A DNA stretch of 60,640 bases, the filler included. It is 5 parts of 5 records of this genome, joined end to end, with 100 filler letters (N's around TTAATTAATTAA, not from the genome) between each part and the next. Parts side by side here need not be neighbours in the genome. Positions count along the whole stretch, not along the records: positions 10,260 to 23,347 come from SRR2962707_1640; positions 23,448 to 43,676 come from SRR2962707_1642; 3 more parts are not named here. The stretch is one strand, 5' to 3'. Positions 17,705 through 27,671 of the stretch are shown here, piece after piece. Positions within the stretch are counted from its first letter, which is position 1. Each line of letters opens with the position of its first letter. The position numbers and the translations under genes were made by a program. Below the pieces are notes generated by a model. The model ran no database searches, was not told the DNA's origin, and saw nothing but the letters and a program-made list of their open reading frames with translations.

Positions 17705-19087
17705 TCAAAAAAACGATAGCACGGCTTTAAAACGAGAGGCTAATTCATAGCATTGAGCTTCATCTTTTATATTAGTGAAGCTTAAAATGACCCCTGGTTC
17801 CTGTTGTGAATTAGCCCATTGAGATAACCCTTGGGCAAATAAACCCGCCTCTATCATCTTTTTAGCTAGCGTATTGTCGTTAATGCTTTTATCTGTGAAC
17901 ATCACAATCATATTCATGCCACCGGGCTGTGGGTCGATATTGATTGCAGAGCCTAAAACTTTTTGAAATACAGTTGCCATTATGTTGCGGCGTTCCCTAT
18001 ATAGCTTTCTCATGCGTTGAATATGACGAGAGAGGTGACCTTCTTTTATGAAAGAAAGAACCGAGGCTTGAGTCAACGCCGACACATTGCCAGCAAAGAG
18101 CTCTGATACTTGCTCAAAGGCGGTCAGTTGGCTTGGTGGTACGACAATATATGCTAAGCGTAGACTTGGAAACATGACCTTACTGAACGTTCCTGAGTAA
18201 ATCACTCTATTTTGTGTATCTATGCTTTTTAAAGCTGGTAAAGGAAGCCCTGTATGTCGATATTCGCCGTCATAGTCATCTTCAATAATCCACCGTTTAT
18301 TAGTTTCCGCCCAATTGAGTAAAGCTTGCCTTCGCTCTAAAGAAAGGTATACACAGGTCGGGCTTTGATGGGCTGGTGTTACAACAACTGCATCAGGTTT
18401 AGATTCGGAGTTAAAAATAATACCATTTTTATCAACCGGCGTTGGGAGCGGGGTTAAACCGTTGTTGATCAATAGTTGACGCGTTAGAGGGTAACCGGGA
18501 TCTTCCATTACAACTGAAGCATGTTTTTTTAATAAAACATGGAAAATCCAATTTATGGAATTTACATATCCTGAAGTAATAAACACTTGAGAGGGCTCAC
18601 ATTGAATACCACGTGATAACTGCAAATATTGAGCAATTGCTTCTCTTAATTGCGGGTTACCATAAACTGATGGGTAGGCAAGATCATCTTTATGTATATT
18701 CCTTGCACACCTAGCAGTCATACGAGCCCAAACTTCTTTTGGAAACTTATCGAGTGCTGGAATACCTAGTTGAAATGGCAGAACTTGAGGTATTTCTACC
18801 TCAGATTGAAGCCCAGGTTGACGAGCTGTCGTTTTGCTTTGTAATACCCGAGGCTGTGAATGAAGTTTTTCACTGACAAGTGTTCCAGCTTGGCCTTTTG
18901 ATTCGAGGTAGCCTTCGGCTTTTAGTAGCGCGTAGCCTTCTTCAACCGTCCCTCTTGAGACACCCATTTCTTTTGCTAATGTTCGTGTAGAAGGAATTCG
19001 TTCGCCAGGCTTTAATGTGCCTTTTAAAATAGCGCTATGAATTCGTTGGTAAACTTGTTTGTAAGCTAATATTTTAGGCATCAACAT
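17705..19087 (-). CDS. MocR/GabR family PLP-dependent GntR regulator
   Basis: GntR HTH 'IPSTRTLAKEMGVSRGTV', plus 'EDPGY', 'IIEDDYDGEY' and 'GTFSK'. Confidence 0.92.
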   Translation of the reverse strand: MLMPKILAYKQVYQRIHSAILKGTLKPGERIPSTRTLAKEMGVSRGTVEEGYALLKAEGYLESKGQAGTLVSEKLHSQPRVLQSKTTARQPGLQSEVEIPQVLPFQLGIPALDKFPKEVWARMTARCARNIHKDDLAYPSVYGNPQLREAIAQYLQLSRGIQCEPSQVFITSGYVNSINWIFHVLLKKHASVVMEDPGYPLTRQLLINNGLTPLPTPVDKNGIIFNSESKPDAVVVTPAHQSPTCVYLSLERRQALLNWAETNKRWIIEDDYDGEYRHTGLPLPALKSIDTQNRVIYSGTFSKVMFPSLRLAYIVVPPSQLTAFEQVSELFAGNVSALTQASVLSFIKEGHLSRHIQRMRKLYRERRNIMATVFQKVLGSAINIDPQPGGMNMIVMFTDKSINDNTLAKKMIEAGLFAQGLSQWANSQQEPGVILSFTNIKDEAQCYELASRFKAVLSFF

Positions 19088-19097
19088 ACCCGCTTAT

Positions 19098-19157
19098 TAT
19101 GGACTCTAAATATGGCCTATAATAATAGTTAATTTATGGCACTTATTATAATCCATA
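19098..19157. promoter_or_regulatory. Candidate MocR binding region (direct and inverted TATGG repeats)
   Basis: TATGGAC (19098), TATGGCC (19111), TATGGCA (19135) and inverted CCATA (19153). Confidence 0.55.
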
Positions 19158-19219
19158 TAGCACGATATTATAACCACCTTATGATAATTGGTAATTCAAA
19201 AATAACCATTTGAGGAAAT

Positions 19220-19822
19220 ATGAACGTATTATTGATTAACGCTAGCCCGAAGAAAGATCAAGCATCTACGCACCTCATTGCCCAAGTTATGGTGAACACC
19301 TTATTGGATAACGCAGAGGTTAAGCTAGACACTCTCGATGTGACAATGCTGCCTCATATAGATCGGCATTATGCTGAAGTTTTATGTGGTTCAGCAAGCC
19401 CACATACTGATTCTGCCAGCCTCAAATTATCAGATGGGCTTATTGCTTCTCTTGAAAAAGCTGACCTACTGATCATTACCTCTCCGATGCATAATTATAC
19501 ATTACCTTCTAGCTTAAAGTGTTGGCTAGATTATGTAGTCCGAGCAGGAAAAACTTTTGAGATAACTAACACCGGAAAGCTACCATTATTAAAAGATAAA
19601 CCGGTGTATATTTTGATTTCTTCAGGGGGGATCTTTTCTGGTGAATTGGCATATCAACCAGACTTTTTCACGCCCTATATGAAAGCGATTCTCGCGACGA
19701 TAGGGTTAACTAAATTGCATTTCTTCTCTATTGAGGGAACTGCGGGTGATCCAGAAGTTGTAGAGCAACAAATATATAAAATTCAGCAACAAGTATGTGA
19801 TCACTTACGTGCGAGTATTTGA
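19220..19822 (+). CDS. azoR: FMN-dependent NADH azoreductase / quinone reductase
   Basis: 'LLINASP', 'SPMHNYTLPSSLKCWLDYVVRAGKTF' and 'SSGG'. Confidence 0.85.
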   Translation: MNVLLINASPKKDQASTHLIAQVMVNTLLDNAEVKLDTLDVTMLPHIDRHYAEVLCGSASPHTDSASLKLSDGLIASLEKADLLIITSPMHNYTLPSSLKCWLDYVVRAGKTFEITNTGKLPLLKDKPVYILISSGGIFSGELAYQPDFFTPYMKAILATIGLTKLHFFSIEGTAGDPEVVEQQIYKIQQQVCDHLRASI

Positions 19823-19904
19823 TGTTCTTCTAATTTCTCTAGTCTTTATGGCTGTATTTACAAAAAACAGTAGTTATAAATTTCAATATAAATAGGATAA
19901 TGTT

Positions 19905-20969
19905 ATGTCAATACGATTGGTTCGTTGGATGAAAACATCTTTACTAACACTATTATGCTCAATTACTCTCATGCAGATGGCGCATGCAACCGATGATTAC
20001 TCTGCTGATGGTGAGCGAAGAGCAAAATCAGCGGGTGAAAACTTAGTTGGTACACCTGCCCCTCAAATGACTGTAAAAACAATTGATGGCAAAGAGATTG
20101 ATTTGGCTGAAGTGTATGGTAAAAAGCCGGTCTACATTAAGTTCTGGGCTACATGGTGTGTCCCTTGTCGCGAGCAAATGCCGGGCTTTGAAGAAATTTA
20201 CGAGAAATATGGCGAGCAAGTTCAAGTTATCGCGATTAATACTGGTATCAGCGACAATGTAAAATCGGTAACCGCGTTTCGTAAAAAAATGGGGTTAACT
20301 ATGCCAATTACAATTGATAATGGTGAATTAGCACGTGCTTTTCACTTACGTGTTACGCCTCAACATTTGTTGATCGATAAAAGTGGCAAGTTCGCTTATT
20401 TTGGTCATGTTGATGACAAAGAATTCCACCGAGCTTTAGATAAAGTAGTAGCTGAAAAACCAAGCCAACAAGCGGTGATAAACCCAACTTTTGTTGATAA
20501 CAATTCAGGTTATCAAGTAGGTGATAAAGTGTCAGACATGACTTTCTCCACTATTGATAACACAAATCTCGATGTAAAGTTTAATACGCCAACCAGTAAA
20601 AAAGTTGGTATGGTTTTTTTTGGTCCTTGGTGTGAATGGTACTTAGAAGAAACCGAACCAACCACGTCTAAAGCGTGTACTCAAGTGCGTGAACTATTAG
20701 AGCAGAAATCAAAATCATCAGAAGTACAATGGGTCACGGTATCGACGAACCTATGGTCTTCAATAAATGATCTAAACGATTATCGTAAAAGCTATGGTAC
20801 AACGTTACCTATCGTATTTGATAAAGATAGCTCACTATTCAAGTTGTTTGGTGTGACCCAACTGCCAACCATCACACTAATAGATTCTGAAGGTAAAGTG
20901 ACTATGAAGTCCTCAATTCAAGATGGTGACTTTAGTCAGGCATTAGAAACCATTTCTTCATTTAAATAA
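19905..20969 (+). CDS. Exported two-domain TlpA-like redoxin
   Basis: Signal peptide. Domain 1 'FWATWCVPC'; domain 2 'FFGPWCEWY'. Confidence 0.8.
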   Translation: MSIRLVRWMKTSLLTLLCSITLMQMAHATDDYSADGERRAKSAGENLVGTPAPQMTVKTIDGKEIDLAEVYGKKPVYIKFWATWCVPCREQMPGFEEIYEKYGEQVQVIAINTGISDNVKSVTAFRKKMGLTMPITIDNGELARAFHLRVTPQHLLIDKSGKFAYFGHVDDKEFHRALDKVVAEKPSQQAVINPTFVDNNSGYQVGDKVSDMTFSTIDNTNLDVKFNTPTSKKVGMVFFGPWCEWYLEETEPTTSKACTQVRELLEQKSKSSEVQWVTVSTNLWSSINDLNDYRKSYGTTLPIVFDKDSSLFKLFGVTQLPTITLIDSEGKVTMKSSIQDGDFSQALETISSFK

Positions 20970-21014
20970 TTGGTAGCTTTTAACCATATAATGCTATTTA
21001 AAAATAGGCGCACA

Positions 21015-23177
21015 ATGAAATCATCTTTATTACGATCATTGAAAAAATGGACAGCTTGTTTTAACTCTGTCTATTCATTTAAACCGAGTACTTTTTTAAA
21101 ACAAACACTTTTGTTCGTCCTCTTAGCATGCTCATCACATGCGATAGCTACGGGTCAAGGTGATACTCAGCGCCTATTATCAGTTTCTATGATGACAGAA
21201 TCCGGACACATAGCATCTGACATGACGCAAGATCTAGCTCTGATAATGACACCTAAAGAGGGTTGGCATGGATATTGGGCTAACCCGGGTGATGCCGGAT
21301 TTCCGACCCGCTTTGATTGGCATTTGCCAAAAGGGATTGAAGCAGGTGAAGTAAAATACCCCGCGCCAAGCCAACTTGTGACCAGTGATATTATGAATTA
21401 TATCTATCACGGGCAGTATGTATTACTTACTCCAATAACAGTTAGTAAAGCTATTGCGGTGGGAACTTCAGTACCTATCAAAGTCGATATAAGTTATTTG
21501 GTTTGTAATCCGACATCTTGCTTGCCAGAACAACAAACGGTAGAGCATACATTTACTGTTGGTGAAGACTCCCAATTGTTATTGGATAAAAAATCGAGTA
21601 ATAACTCAAATAAAGAACTGTTTGATCAATGGCGTCAAAAACTGCCACAACCAATGGCAGCTGTGGGGCGTTTTTCGGTCGATAAAAGTAAATTAACACT
21701 CGCATTACCCTTACCAAGTAGCGTGGATATTGAAGGTGCGCATATTTACCCCGTTATCAATGGCATGATTGTTAATAATGCGAAACAAGCTTTGCAGCAT
21801 AAGGGTGATGAGCTTTTGATGCAAACTCAAGTTGGAGACAATCTAGAACCTGTTTTTAAAGGGGTCTTGGTACTAAAAAGCGGTATCGGGCTTAGTTTTA
21901 GTGCAAATAAAACCGAGGCTATCGCTTTTACCCCGACCGTTGATAACGCTAAAGATACTAACGGGCCCAATTCATGGTGGTTAGCCATTACTGCTTTGTT
22001 AGGAGCAATCTTAGGTGGTCTACTGCTTAATATTATGCCGTGTGTGTTTCCTATTCTTAGTCTGAAAATACTGAGTCTTTCTCACCAAAGTTCAGAAGAA
22101 AGAGCCAAAATAGGCGCAATAGCTTACACTTTAGGTGCAGTATTAGTGTGCCTTGTTCTTGGCGCTGCTATTTTAGGCTTACGGGCTTTGGGGCATCAGA
22201 TTGGTTGGGCTTTTCAGTTACAAAGCCCAGTAGTGATTTCGGTCTTAATCGTATTAATGAGCGCAATAGGGTTCAATCTAGCTGGTTTATTTGAAATTGG
22301 TACTTTAACTTCTGGCTCAAAACTGCAAGATCAAAAAGGTCCTATGGGGGATTTCTGGACAGGGGGTCTAGCGGCCCTTATTGCAACACCTTGTACTGGT
22401 CCATTTATGGCAACCGCACTAGGTGCTGCCTTAGTATTGCCGATGAGTATTGCATTAATGATCTTCGCTGGCTTAGGTTTTGGTATGGCATTGCCGTTTC
22501 TTTTGGTGAGTTTTATACCGAAGCTAAGAACGTGTTTACCTAAGCCTGGTGGTTGGATGATAACCGCTCGTAAAATACTTTCTATACCGATGTTTATCAC
22601 AACTCTAGGATTGGTTTGGATCCTATTACGTCAATCAACTGATACGTATGTGATGATGATTTTAACGACGACAATGTTATCCACATTTGGATTATGGTTA
22701 ACTGGTGCATGGCAACAATCTCAACATAAAAGAAAATGGTGGCCTGCGCTTCTATTTACCTTCATTCCTTTGTTGCTCTCAATTTATACAATACCTAATT
22801 CGGATGAATTGAATGCTAGTTCAGTGCAAAAAGAAGGTACGCAAGTTTTGAGCTTTGATCAGAATAAATTAACTGAGTTGCGCGCTAAGCAGGATATGTT
22901 TGTATATTTCACAGCTGATTGGTGTTTAACTTGCAAAGTTAACGAGAAAACGTCGATTGATCGTGATGAAGTGCAACATGCATTTAAACAAAATAATGTT
23001 GCAGTTATGGTCGGTGATTGGACTAATGGAGATAGTCAGATAACGGAATTTCTATCGCAACAGGGACGCTCAGGTGTACCACTTTATTTATGGTATAAGA
23101 AGGGCGTAGATACTCCCGTTGTATTGCCGCAAGTCCTAACACCGTCAATATTAGTGGATCATGCAAAGCAATACTAA
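21015..23177 (+). CDS. DsbD/ScsB-family thiol:disulfide interchange protein
   Basis: N-domain 'WHGYWANPGDAG' and 'CNPTSC'; TM 'MPCVFP' and 'ATPCTGP'; C-terminal 'FTADWCLTC'. Confidence 0.9.
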   Translation: MKSSLLRSLKKWTACFNSVYSFKPSTFLKQTLLFVLLACSSHAIATGQGDTQRLLSVSMMTESGHIASDMTQDLALIMTPKEGWHGYWANPGDAGFPTRFDWHLPKGIEAGEVKYPAPSQLVTSDIMNYIYHGQYVLLTPITVSKAIAVGTSVPIKVDISYLVCNPTSCLPEQQTVEHTFTVGEDSQLLLDKKSSNNSNKELFDQWRQKLPQPMAAVGRFSVDKSKLTLALPLPSSVDIEGAHIYPVINGMIVNNAKQALQHKGDELLMQTQVGDNLEPVFKGVLVLKSGIGLSFSANKTEAIAFTPTVDNAKDTNGPNSWWLAITALLGAILGGLLLNIMPCVFPILSLKILSLSHQSSEERAKIGAIAYTLGAVLVCLVLGAAILGLRALGHQIGWAFQLQSPVVISVLIVLMSAIGFNLAGLFEIGTLTSGSKLQDQKGPMGDFWTGGLAALIATPCTGPFMATALGAALVLPMSIALMIFAGLGFGMALPFLLVSFIPKLRTCLPKPGGWMITARKILSIPMFITTLGLVWILLRQSTDTYVMMILTTTMLSTFGLWLTGAWQQSQHKRKWWPALLFTFIPLLLSIYTIPNSDELNASSVQKEGTQVLSFDQNKLTELRAKQDMFVYFTADWCLTCKVNEKTSIDRDEVQHAFKQNNVAVMVGDWTNGDSQITEFLSQQGRSGVPLYLWYKKGVDTPVVLPQVLTPSILVDHAKQY

Positions 23178-23280
23178 AACGAATAGAAATACATTTTCTG
23201 ATCTGGTAGGAGTCATTTTTATCAATTTATTAAATGGCTTTCGTCTAAAGCGAGTTTGAGCGACTGTCTCCTCACGCTCT

Positions 23281-23340
23281 TTTGAGGCAAGGGTTAGTCA
23301 AGTTAGAACAACGCTCGCGTATACGGAAACGCCCAAAGTT
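23281..23340 (+). repeat. Dispersed direct repeat, copy 4 (most degenerate)
   Basis: TTTGAGGCAAGGGTTAGTCAAGTTAGAAC...ACGGAAACGCCCAAAGTT. Hand alignment gives 20/29 and 14/18 identity to the two halves of copy 1. Confidence 0.55.
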
Positions 23341-23347
23341 ATTAGCT

Positions 23348-23447
23348 NNNNNNNNNNNNNNNNNNNNNNNNNNNNNNNNNNNNNNNNNNNNTTAATTAAT
23401 TAANNNNNNNNNNNNNNNNNNNNNNNNNNNNNNNNNNNNNNNNNNNN
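23348..23447. other. Artificial contig linker
   Basis: N44-TTAATTAATTAA-N44. Confidence 0.99.
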
Positions 23448-23922
23448 CGAGACCTGCGGCATGATCATCTGGATCGGACTGGGTGCTGCGGCACTTGTCG
23501 GGGTTTACAATCTCATGGGCGGTAACCGGTTCATCGAGAGTGCAATTCTCGACAGCGGCGCATCCCCGATGATGATTGTTCTGATCATGATGGGGATCCT
23601 CATCGTGCTTGGCCTGTTCATGGACTGGATCGGGATCGCGCTTCTGACGATGCCGATCTTCGTTCCGATCATCATCAAGCTCGGTATGGATCCGGTCTGG
23701 TTTGGCATCCTGTTTGCGATGAACATGCAGGTCAGCTACCTGTCTCCTCCTTTTGGTCCTGCGGCTTTTTACCTGAAATCGGTCGCCCCGAGTGACATGA
23801 GTCTGTCCGAAATCTTCCGGGCCCTGCTGCCCTTTATCGGGATCCAGCTGGTTGCGCTCGCGCTCGTTCTGTTCTTCCCGGACATCGCGCTGTGGTTGCC
23901 GGCATGGGTAAAGGGATACTGA
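23448..23922 (+). CDS. TRAP transporter large permease (DctM), 5'-truncated
   Basis: 'GMDPVWFGILF', 'LSPPFG' and 'FPDIALWLP'. Confidence 0.9.
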
Positions 23923-23923
23923 T

Positions 23924-24838
23924 ATGAGTGACACGACAACGCCAAGCCAGAACGTTGCGGTAATCGGCCTTGGCTCGATGGGATACGGCATCGCAAAGTC
24001 GGCGCTACGGGGAGGGCACAGCGTCTGGGGCGTGGATATCAATCCCGACCAGATGGCGCGGTTTGCAAGTGAAGGCGGGCAGGCCGGTTCATTGGCTGAC
24101 AGCTTGGACACAGTGGATGTGGTCATCGTCGCGGTGCTCAATGCCGCGCAGACCGAGACCGTCCTGTTTGGCGATCAGGGCATTGTGTCCGGGTTGCGCA
24201 AGGGTGCGGCCGTGCTGGCGTGTGCCACGGTGCCGCCTGCGTTTGCAAAGGATATGGCGGCGCGCTGTGCCTCGCTTGGCGTGCTCTATCTCGACGCGCC
24301 GATTTCCGGCGGCTCGGTCAAGGCCGCACAGGGCAAGCTCTCGATCATGGCCTCCGGCACTGATGAGGCGTTTGCCGCGGTGCAGCCCGTGTTGAACAGC
24401 ATTTCGGAAACCGTGTTTGCCTTGGGCGACGAAGCGGGTGCAGGCAGTGCGATGAAGGCCGTCAACCAGCTGTTGGCGGGCGTCCATATCGCCGCGATGG
24501 CCGAGGCATTGACCTTCGGAATGACCCAGGGTGTGAAGCCCAATAAATTTGTCGAAGTCATCTCCAAATGTGCCGGCACCAGCTGGATGCTGGAAAACCG
24601 CGCTCCCCATGTCGCAGCTGGCGATTATACGCCGCACAGCTCGATAAATATCTGGCCCAAGGATCTTGGCATCGTCCTGGACATTGCCAGGGAAGCGCAG
24701 TTTGCAGCCCCCATCACAACCGCAGCATTGCAGCAGTTTGCCGCTGCCGCCGAAATGGGTCTGGGCGGGGAAGATGATGCCGCCGTAGCCAAGGTTTACG
24801 CGCGAAATGCCGGGCTGAAACTGCCGGGCGAGATTTAG
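23924..24838 (+). CDS. ltnD: L-threonate dehydrogenase
   Basis: Beta-hydroxyacid dehydrogenase motifs (GLGSMG, LDAPISGG, KAVNQLLAGVHIAA) in an otn operon. Confidence 0.85.
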   Translation: MSDTTTPSQNVAVIGLGSMGYGIAKSALRGGHSVWGVDINPDQMARFASEGGQAGSLADSLDTVDVVIVAVLNAAQTETVLFGDQGIVSGLRKGAAVLACATVPPAFAKDMAARCASLGVLYLDAPISGGSVKAAQGKLSIMASGTDEAFAAVQPVLNSISETVFALGDEAGAGSAMKAVNQLLAGVHIAAMAEALTFGMTQGVKPNKFVEVISKCAGTSWMLENRAPHVAAGDYTPHSSINIWPKDLGIVLDIAREAQFAAPITTAALQQFAAAAEMGLGGEDDAAVAKVYARNAGLKLPGEI

Positions 24839-24982
24839 GCGGCGATGCCGGCCTGCCTCGCTCTTGTACCCACGTCGCTTGCGGGGATGCACTGATGGGC
24901 CGGCTTTCTTCATCGGTTCCATGACCGCCGAGCCATACGCGGTCGATGTAAAATCATTGCCGCCCTGGTAGGAGAAATAGAT

Positions 24983-26257
24983 ATGACGACCGTTTTGGGC
25001 TGTATTGCTGATGACTTTACCGGGGCGACCGATTTGGCGGGCCTTCTGGCGCGCAGCGGCGTCCGGGTATCGCTTCGCATCGGCGTGCCGGCTGAACCAC
25101 CCACCGAGACGAGCCCGTTCGAGGTCATTGCGCTCAAGTCGCGCACGGCCCCGGTGGCGGAGGCAGTGGCAGAGGCCCGCGCCGCACTTGAGTGGTTGCA
25201 GCGTGCCGGCGCGCAACGGTTTTTCTGGAAATACTGTTCGACATTCGACAGCACCGAAACGGGAAACATTGGTCCCGTGGCCGAGGCGTTGATGGAGGAT
25301 CTCGGCACGGATCAGACGATCTATTGCCCCGCATTCCCTGAAAACGGCCGCTCCATTTTCATGGGCAACCTGTTTGTCGGGCAGCAACCTCTGGCGGAAA
25401 GCCCGATGAGGGATCATCCGCTGACGCCCATGCGCGACAGCAACCTGATGCGATTGCTGGCCCCTCAGGTCGCCCGTCCCGTGGGGCTTGCCGACCGGTT
25501 GACCGTAGCCCGGGGTGTGCCTGCTCTGCGGGCACGATTGGACGCGCTGAAGGCCAAGGGCGTGGCCCATGTGGTCGTGGACGCGGTGGCTGACGAGGAT
25601 TTGCGGATCATCGCAGAAGCCTGCCGCGACATGCCGCTGATGACCGGCGGCTCTGCGGTCGCAATGCCGTTGCCTGCGCTGTATCTTGCGGATGGAACGC
25701 TTTCAGCGGATGCGCAGAAGGCCAGATCGCCGAATGTGAGCGGCGGGACAATTGTTTTGTCAGGCAGCTGTTCGGCGATGACCAACAGACAGGTCGCCGC
25801 CTATATCGCGCAGGGGGCGCCTGCCTATCGGCTGGATCCAATGGAGATCGCGAAGTCTGGTTCTTCGGGCGCCGTGCTGGCATGGCTCGCCGCACAAGAC
25901 CTGTCCAGGGCGCCGCTTGTCTATGCGACCGCAGACCCGGACAGTGTCAAAGCCGCGCAAAAGCTTCTCGGCACCGCGGAAGTTGGCGAGATGATCGAGG
26001 CCACACTTGCTGCATGCTCGGTCGCCGCGCGCGATGCGGGCGCCCGGCGTATCATCGTGGCGGGCGGCGAAACATCGGGTGCTGTGACCAAGGCGCTTGG
26101 CGTGACGCAGCTCAATATCGGCCCGGAGATTGCACCAGGTGTGCCTTGGACTTTCTGCGTATCGGACGGAAATCAGATCGCACTGACGCTGAAATCCGGT
26201 AACTTCGGGGCGGAAACCTTCTTTACCGACGCACAAGACAAGCTGGACGCCCTATGA
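24983..26257 (+). CDS. otnK: 3-oxo-tetronate kinase (DUF1537)
   Basis: 'IADDFTGATD', 'KYCSTFDS', 'AGGETSG' and 'LKSGNFG'. Confidence 0.9.
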   Translation: MTTVLGCIADDFTGATDLAGLLARSGVRVSLRIGVPAEPPTETSPFEVIALKSRTAPVAEAVAEARAALEWLQRAGAQRFFWKYCSTFDSTETGNIGPVAEALMEDLGTDQTIYCPAFPENGRSIFMGNLFVGQQPLAESPMRDHPLTPMRDSNLMRLLAPQVARPVGLADRLTVARGVPALRARLDALKAKGVAHVVVDAVADEDLRIIAEACRDMPLMTGGSAVAMPLPALYLADGTLSADAQKARSPNVSGGTIVLSGSCSAMTNRQVAAYIAQGAPAYRLDPMEIAKSGSSGAVLAWLAAQDLSRAPLVYATADPDSVKAAQKLLGTAEVGEMIEATLAACSVAARDAGARRIIVAGGETSGAVTKALGVTQLNIGPEIAPGVPWTFCVSDGNQIALTLKSGNFGAETFFTDAQDKLDAL

Positions 26258-26904
26258 CCCCTGAGACCCGCCTGCGCGAACACATATGCATGCTTGCCAA
26301 GTCCATGTTCGACCGCGGATTGACGGGCGGCAGCACCGGCAATATCTCCGCGCGCACGGAAGATGGCGGGCTGCTGGTCAGCCCCACCGGCACCAGCTTC
26401 GGTCGCCTTGATCCTGCACGGCTAAGCCGTTTTGACCCAGACGGCCATCTGGTTGAGGGCGACCCGCCGACCAAGGAAATGCCGTTGCACGCCGCGTTCT
26501 ATGACACGCGCTCGACGGCTGGCGCGGTGGTGCATCTGCACTCCTGCCACTCGGTTGCCTTGTCGATGATGCCGGATGTGGATGCTGACAATTTTCTGCC
26601 GCCACTGACGCCCTACGGCATCATGAAACTGGGCAAGGTCAAGCTGCTGCCCTTCTTCATGCCCGGTGATCCGGCAATGGGCGAGGCCGTTCGCGGACTG
26701 GCAGGAAAACGATCCGCAGTGATGCTTGCCAATCATGGCCCTGTCGTTGCCGGCAAGGATATCGAGGCGGCCTGCAATGCCATTGAAGAACTGGAAGACA
26801 CCGCGCGGCTGGCGATGATGACGCGCGGATTGTCGCCACGCGCGCTGTCAGCCAGCGACGTGCAGGCCCTGGTGACCAAATTCGACGTGGAGTGGGGCGC
26901 ATGA
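26254..26904 (+). CDS. otnC: 3-oxo-tetronate 4-phosphate decarboxylase (class II aldolase)
   Basis: 'GSTGNIS', 'PTKEMPLH', 'VHLHS' and 'LANHG'. ATGA overlaps with neighbours. Confidence 0.88.
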   Translation: MTPETRLREHICMLAKSMFDRGLTGGSTGNISARTEDGGLLVSPTGTSFGRLDPARLSRFDPDGHLVEGDPPTKEMPLHAAFYDTRSTAGAVVHLHSCHSVALSMMPDVDADNFLPPLTPYGIMKLGKVKLLPFFMPGDPAMGEAVRGLAGKRSAVMLANHGPVVAGKDIEAACNAIEELEDTARLAMMTRGLSPRALSASDVQALVTKFDVEWGA

Positions 26905-27671
26905 AGTTTTCGGCAAACCTGGGATTTCTCTGGAATGACCGTCCGCTCCCTGAGGCAATCCGCGCCGCCAAGGCCGCAGGCTTTGACGCGGTAGAGTGCC
27001 ACTGGCCCTATGATGTCCCTGCCGAAGAAGTGTCGAAAGCCCTTCTCGAAACGGGCTTCAGGATGCTCGGGTTGAACACACGGCGCGGCAATGTGGAGGC
27101 AGGCGACAACGGCCTGTCTGCCATCCCGGGGCGCGAGGCTGAAGCCCGTGCGGCGATTGACGAGGCAATAGACTATGCGACAGCCATAGGTGCCGCGAAT
27201 ATCCATGTCATGGCGGGGTTTTGCGCAGGAGAGCAGGCGCAGGCGACCTTTGTCGCCAACCTTCGTTACGCCTGCCAAAAGACGGCGCCATATGGCATAA
27301 CCATCCTGATCGAGCCGCTGAACAAATACGATGCACCGGGCTATTTTCTAACGACCACGGATCAAGCCATTGCCATCATCAAGGCGGTCGGCTTGCCCAA
27401 CCTCAAACTGATGTTTGATTGCTACCATGTTCAATTGATGGAAGGTGACTTGAGCCATCGCATTGAGAGGCTGCTTGCCCATATCGGTCATATTCAGTTT
27501 GCATCTGTGCCCGATCGCGGCGCGCCGGATCATGGCGAAATCAACTATGCTCATCTCTTTGGCGTGATCGCCGGGCTTGGCTATGACGCCCCGACGGGGG
27601 CTGAGTACAAGCCCAAAGGTCCAACCGAGCAGAGCCTTGGCTGGATGCAGGAATTGCGCGAAATCACCTAA
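26901..27671 (+). CDS. otnI: 2-oxo-tetronate / hydroxypyruvate isomerase
   Basis: 'KFSANL', 'IEPLN', 'MFDCYH', 'GHIQFA' and 'EYKP'. Confidence 0.8.
   Translation: MKFSANLGFLWNDRPLPEAIRAAKAAGFDAVECHWPYDVPAEEVSKALLETGFRMLGLNTRRGNVEAGDNGLSAIPGREAEARAAIDEAIDYATAIGAANIHVMAGFCAGEQAQATFVANLRYACQKTAPYGITILIEPLNKYDAPGYFLTTTDQAIAIIKAVGLPNLKLMFDCYHVQLMEGDLSHRIERLLAHIGHIQFASVPDRGAPDHGEINYAHLFGVIAGLGYDAPTGAEYKPKGPTEQSLGWMQELREIT

Noticed and set aside
24089-25570. Long antisense ORFs (also 52384-53943, 55946-56908, 59861-60571, 42496-43323 and others)
   Set aside because: Shadow frames of well-supported GC-rich genes on the opposite strand.
23924-27671. ltnD-otnK-otnC-otnI as a novel pathway
   Set aside because: It matches the established DUF1537 tetronate catabolic pathway.
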